Assembly: GCF_003704095.1 (NCBI RefSeq)
Contig: NW_020843680.1
Location: forward strand, 1-64,000
Direction: 5' to 3'
Origin: Pocillopora damicornis
Taxonomy: Eukaryota
DNA length: 64,000 nt
Part shown: piece after piece, positions 61,262-64,000 of the stretch
How positions within the stretch are numbered: the first letter of the stretch is position 1
Layout: every line of letters starts with the position of its first letter
Made by a program: the position numbers and the translations under genes
Notes under the pieces: generated by a model
Databases searched by the model: none
Seen by the model: only the letters and a program-made list of their open reading frames with translations
Told to the model about the DNA's origin: nothing

Positions 61262-64000
61262 GTGTATAAAAAAGCTCTTTAGAGTCACAACTCTCATTCC
61301 CTAATTCGGCTATTGTATCATTGTTTTTTACAATGTTCGCCGAGTGCTCCTTTGAGCGGTTGCTTATTTACATGTTTGTACGTCTTTGAACCAGTGTTGT
61401 TTGCTTGGTTGTGATTCAAACGTCTCGCTCGCCTCCAATTCCGTGCCCGGAATGATTTGTGATTTACATCACTCATTTTCGCTTAACTTTCTTGCTATAA
61501 TACTGATAGACTTTTCGATACTGAGCTGGTTGAATACGACCTTTTTCATTCGAGATGTTGCCACAGTGTCAGCGCGCTGAGCGATCACGTAACTGTGTTA
61601 TTATAGCAGGAAAATCACAATACAGCTGCCAACTTTTTTGGACGATAGTCAGCGATAATGGTGTGTTGCTGCTCAGTAACTTCGCTAGAAACTGAAAAAA
61701 CAAAACAAAAACAAACAAAAAAAATCTATTTCCATTTTAGGTTACTGTTAACATAGTCTAGTCAAAATTTTAATTTTTTTTTTTTATTTTTTAGTTCGAG
61801 TAAGCATCCAAGTTAAATTTGTCAAAAGAAAAAATATAATTTCTCCAAAGAACGCGGGAGTGTTTTAAGTCAGCTGGAACCGAATAGCGAAAGGTGTAAT
61901 AATCCAGAGTGTTGACGTTTTTTATCTTTTACGAGGCTTTTACGAAATTCGAAATATTTCAGTTTGTTCAACTTCCAATTGAAATTATTGGGAACCAAAA
62001 GGAATATCGAAAAGGCCTCACGACCTTTGTAAGCATTTTTTTTTTTTTGTCTGCTGGGTGACACTGTCACTCAGTTTGGATGTCTGCGTTAACGCGGAGG
62101 CTGTTAATTGACTTAAATTGACACCGTCAGTTTTGTCTTTAAATTGCTTGCGCGTGCTTATCAAAACAAAACTGTTCAAACTTTGTTATATTCAGAACCC
62201 ATACTTTAAAGTGATACGTAGTTCGCTATGTTGTTTTCCTTCTTTAAGTAGCGCGCATAGGACGATTTTTCTGGAAGGCATTCTATTTTGTTGTCAGTAA
62301 CCCGCTTAAGTGGTACGTTTTGGAATTGTCAAGTCGGATTCTTTAGTGAATGTTTAAAGATCAACTCTAAAATAAGTAAACTTTACCATTCAAAAAACCA
62401 AATGTGATCTTTACTGACCCTAACAAATCTTATTCTCTTGAAAAAGACGAAGAACAATATCTAGGGTACCTGCAGGCGCTGGGTGGTGTTTCATTAGTTC
62501 ATCATCATCATTAGTTTTCACACAAAGCAGTCGTGTGTGATCAGTGTCTTTTTCAGAGAAGTTGATATCACGAAGATTATGACCTGATTATGATCAGTTT
62601 GCGTACAGCGAACTTAGAGTGATTTTCGCTGATGTTTCTGAAATCGTATGAAACTTACATCAAATAAAGGCTAAGAAGAAGTAGTATATTGTGACATAAA
62701 AAGCGCGTGTAAATGCAACGAAGTTCACTGAAATGAACTTGGCGTCCTTTCTTTGGTAAAAGCACAAAGAATGTCGACGTGACCTTTAAAACGAGTTTCG
62801 TTCTTATGAGCACAATTCGTACTCAAATTTGATGAGACTTATATGATATTATATCATGAGAGCCTTGATCTTGAAGTCTATTTTTTTTGGTTTTGATGTT
62901 GTGAAATTAAGAGTGCGCTCAAAACTAACGGCGAAATTTGGCAGAAAGAAAGTTGGCGTCCTCTAGGAGTCTCTGAAGAACAAACGGATCAAACTTTGAA
63001 GTTATTGGAATAATAAGTTGTTTGTCAGCGATAATCCCTCCGACGGTCGCATTCGTTGACTTATTCCATTAATATCGTTGCAGAACGAAGTATGGTCGTT
63101 GAAGGCTCTTTCTCTGGATTTCTGAAAACTCTTTAAGACTTAAGGAGCACACCCCTAGGCAGGGTTTGAGCTAGGATTTGACTATTTAGGGTCAATTTGT
63201 ACCTTTAGGTTATTTTTGGAGGGACATTTTCCATTTCTGAGGGTCGCTTAAGCATAGGGAAAATTTCAAACTGAACTAAAATTTTAAACATTTAATGAAA
63301 TAGCAACAAGTTACATTGTAAGGTGGCATGCTTCTTTTTATCTTTCTCTGTAAACTCTTAACTGTATGATTCTCTTACAACCAGCAGCTGATCATGGCCA
63401 CTAAAATAATTAAGGAAGTGACTATTTGTAAAAGAACAAGACCAACAACTCTGTTGTGCCATTATCATTTTAACAATATCATATTTGTTCTTGCTTCCAC
63501 ATTTCATTGCAGATCCTTCTTAGTTAATTAACATCTTACATGTACATTTATAATAACAGTATTTCACGATTTCAAAATTCTCCTGTTCTTTATAGCCCAC
63601 TCTTCAAGGGCTAATGAAAAATCAAAGTCCACAGAAGGTGGCCCCTCGATGTCTATAGTCATAAGTACATCTAACCTGTTGGCTTTTAGTCTGTTTCTCA
63701 ATGCATTTTTAATCCTGTTTTGGTCACTGAAGCCTCTCTCACAACAATTTCGGGGGAAAAAGCCGCAATTTTGAACATTTTGTCAAAGTATCCAGAATTG
63801 GATGAAACACTACTAAAGTGGTTTTGGGAGAAGAAGAGTCAGGATAAGTCTAAAAGTCTTTTATTTTGAATCACAATTTTGTAGTTTAAAAAAACAACGC
63901 TTTACTCAGCCGAGTTCTGTCAGATCGTGTTGCAATGTTTACACAAGCCGTGGGAATGACTGCTTCTGATTGGTCAGTTTCCGATGTTGTCAAAATGAGA

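Noticed and set aside
1-64000. Prokaryotic systems (CRISPR arrays, operons, defence islands) and canonical tRNA/rRNA genes
   Set aside because: The sequence is spliceosomal-intron-rich animal DNA; I saw no regularly spaced repeat-spacer array, complete tRNA or rRNA.

Overview
Intron-rich eukaryotic genomic DNA, probably a scleractinian coral (animal-type alternative oxidase plus repeat families I recognise from coral genomes; the taxon is inferred, not proven). Hand-spliced models give nine genes in this order: NUTF2 (+); a ~23-exon, ~650-aa putative ciliary protein with six CSPP1-like W/F-G-R-x-G-x-G-A-P repeats and an RFX X-box (-); two tandem SNX10/11-like sorting nexins (-); shugoshin (+); a complete alternative oxidase, AOX-A (-); METAP1D (+); an ATF4/PAR-like bZIP factor (+); and a second alternative oxidase, AOX-B (+, last two exons not in the window). 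Mobile DNA includes two Penelope-like fragments (one with a degenerate hammerhead), a solo LTR with a 5-bp TSD, a TTAA MITE, other MITE/foldback elements and a THAP remnant. The most striking observation is in the bZIP gene. Its strong-context AUG opens a 34-codon ORF ending CUU-UGA-C, the classic +1 frameshift site, and the +1 frame splices directly into the bZIP ORF, which lacks an AUG for about 70 more codons. Also notable is an old AOX duplication bracketing a mitochondrial/stress gene block. All exon models were made by eye and need RNA evidence.
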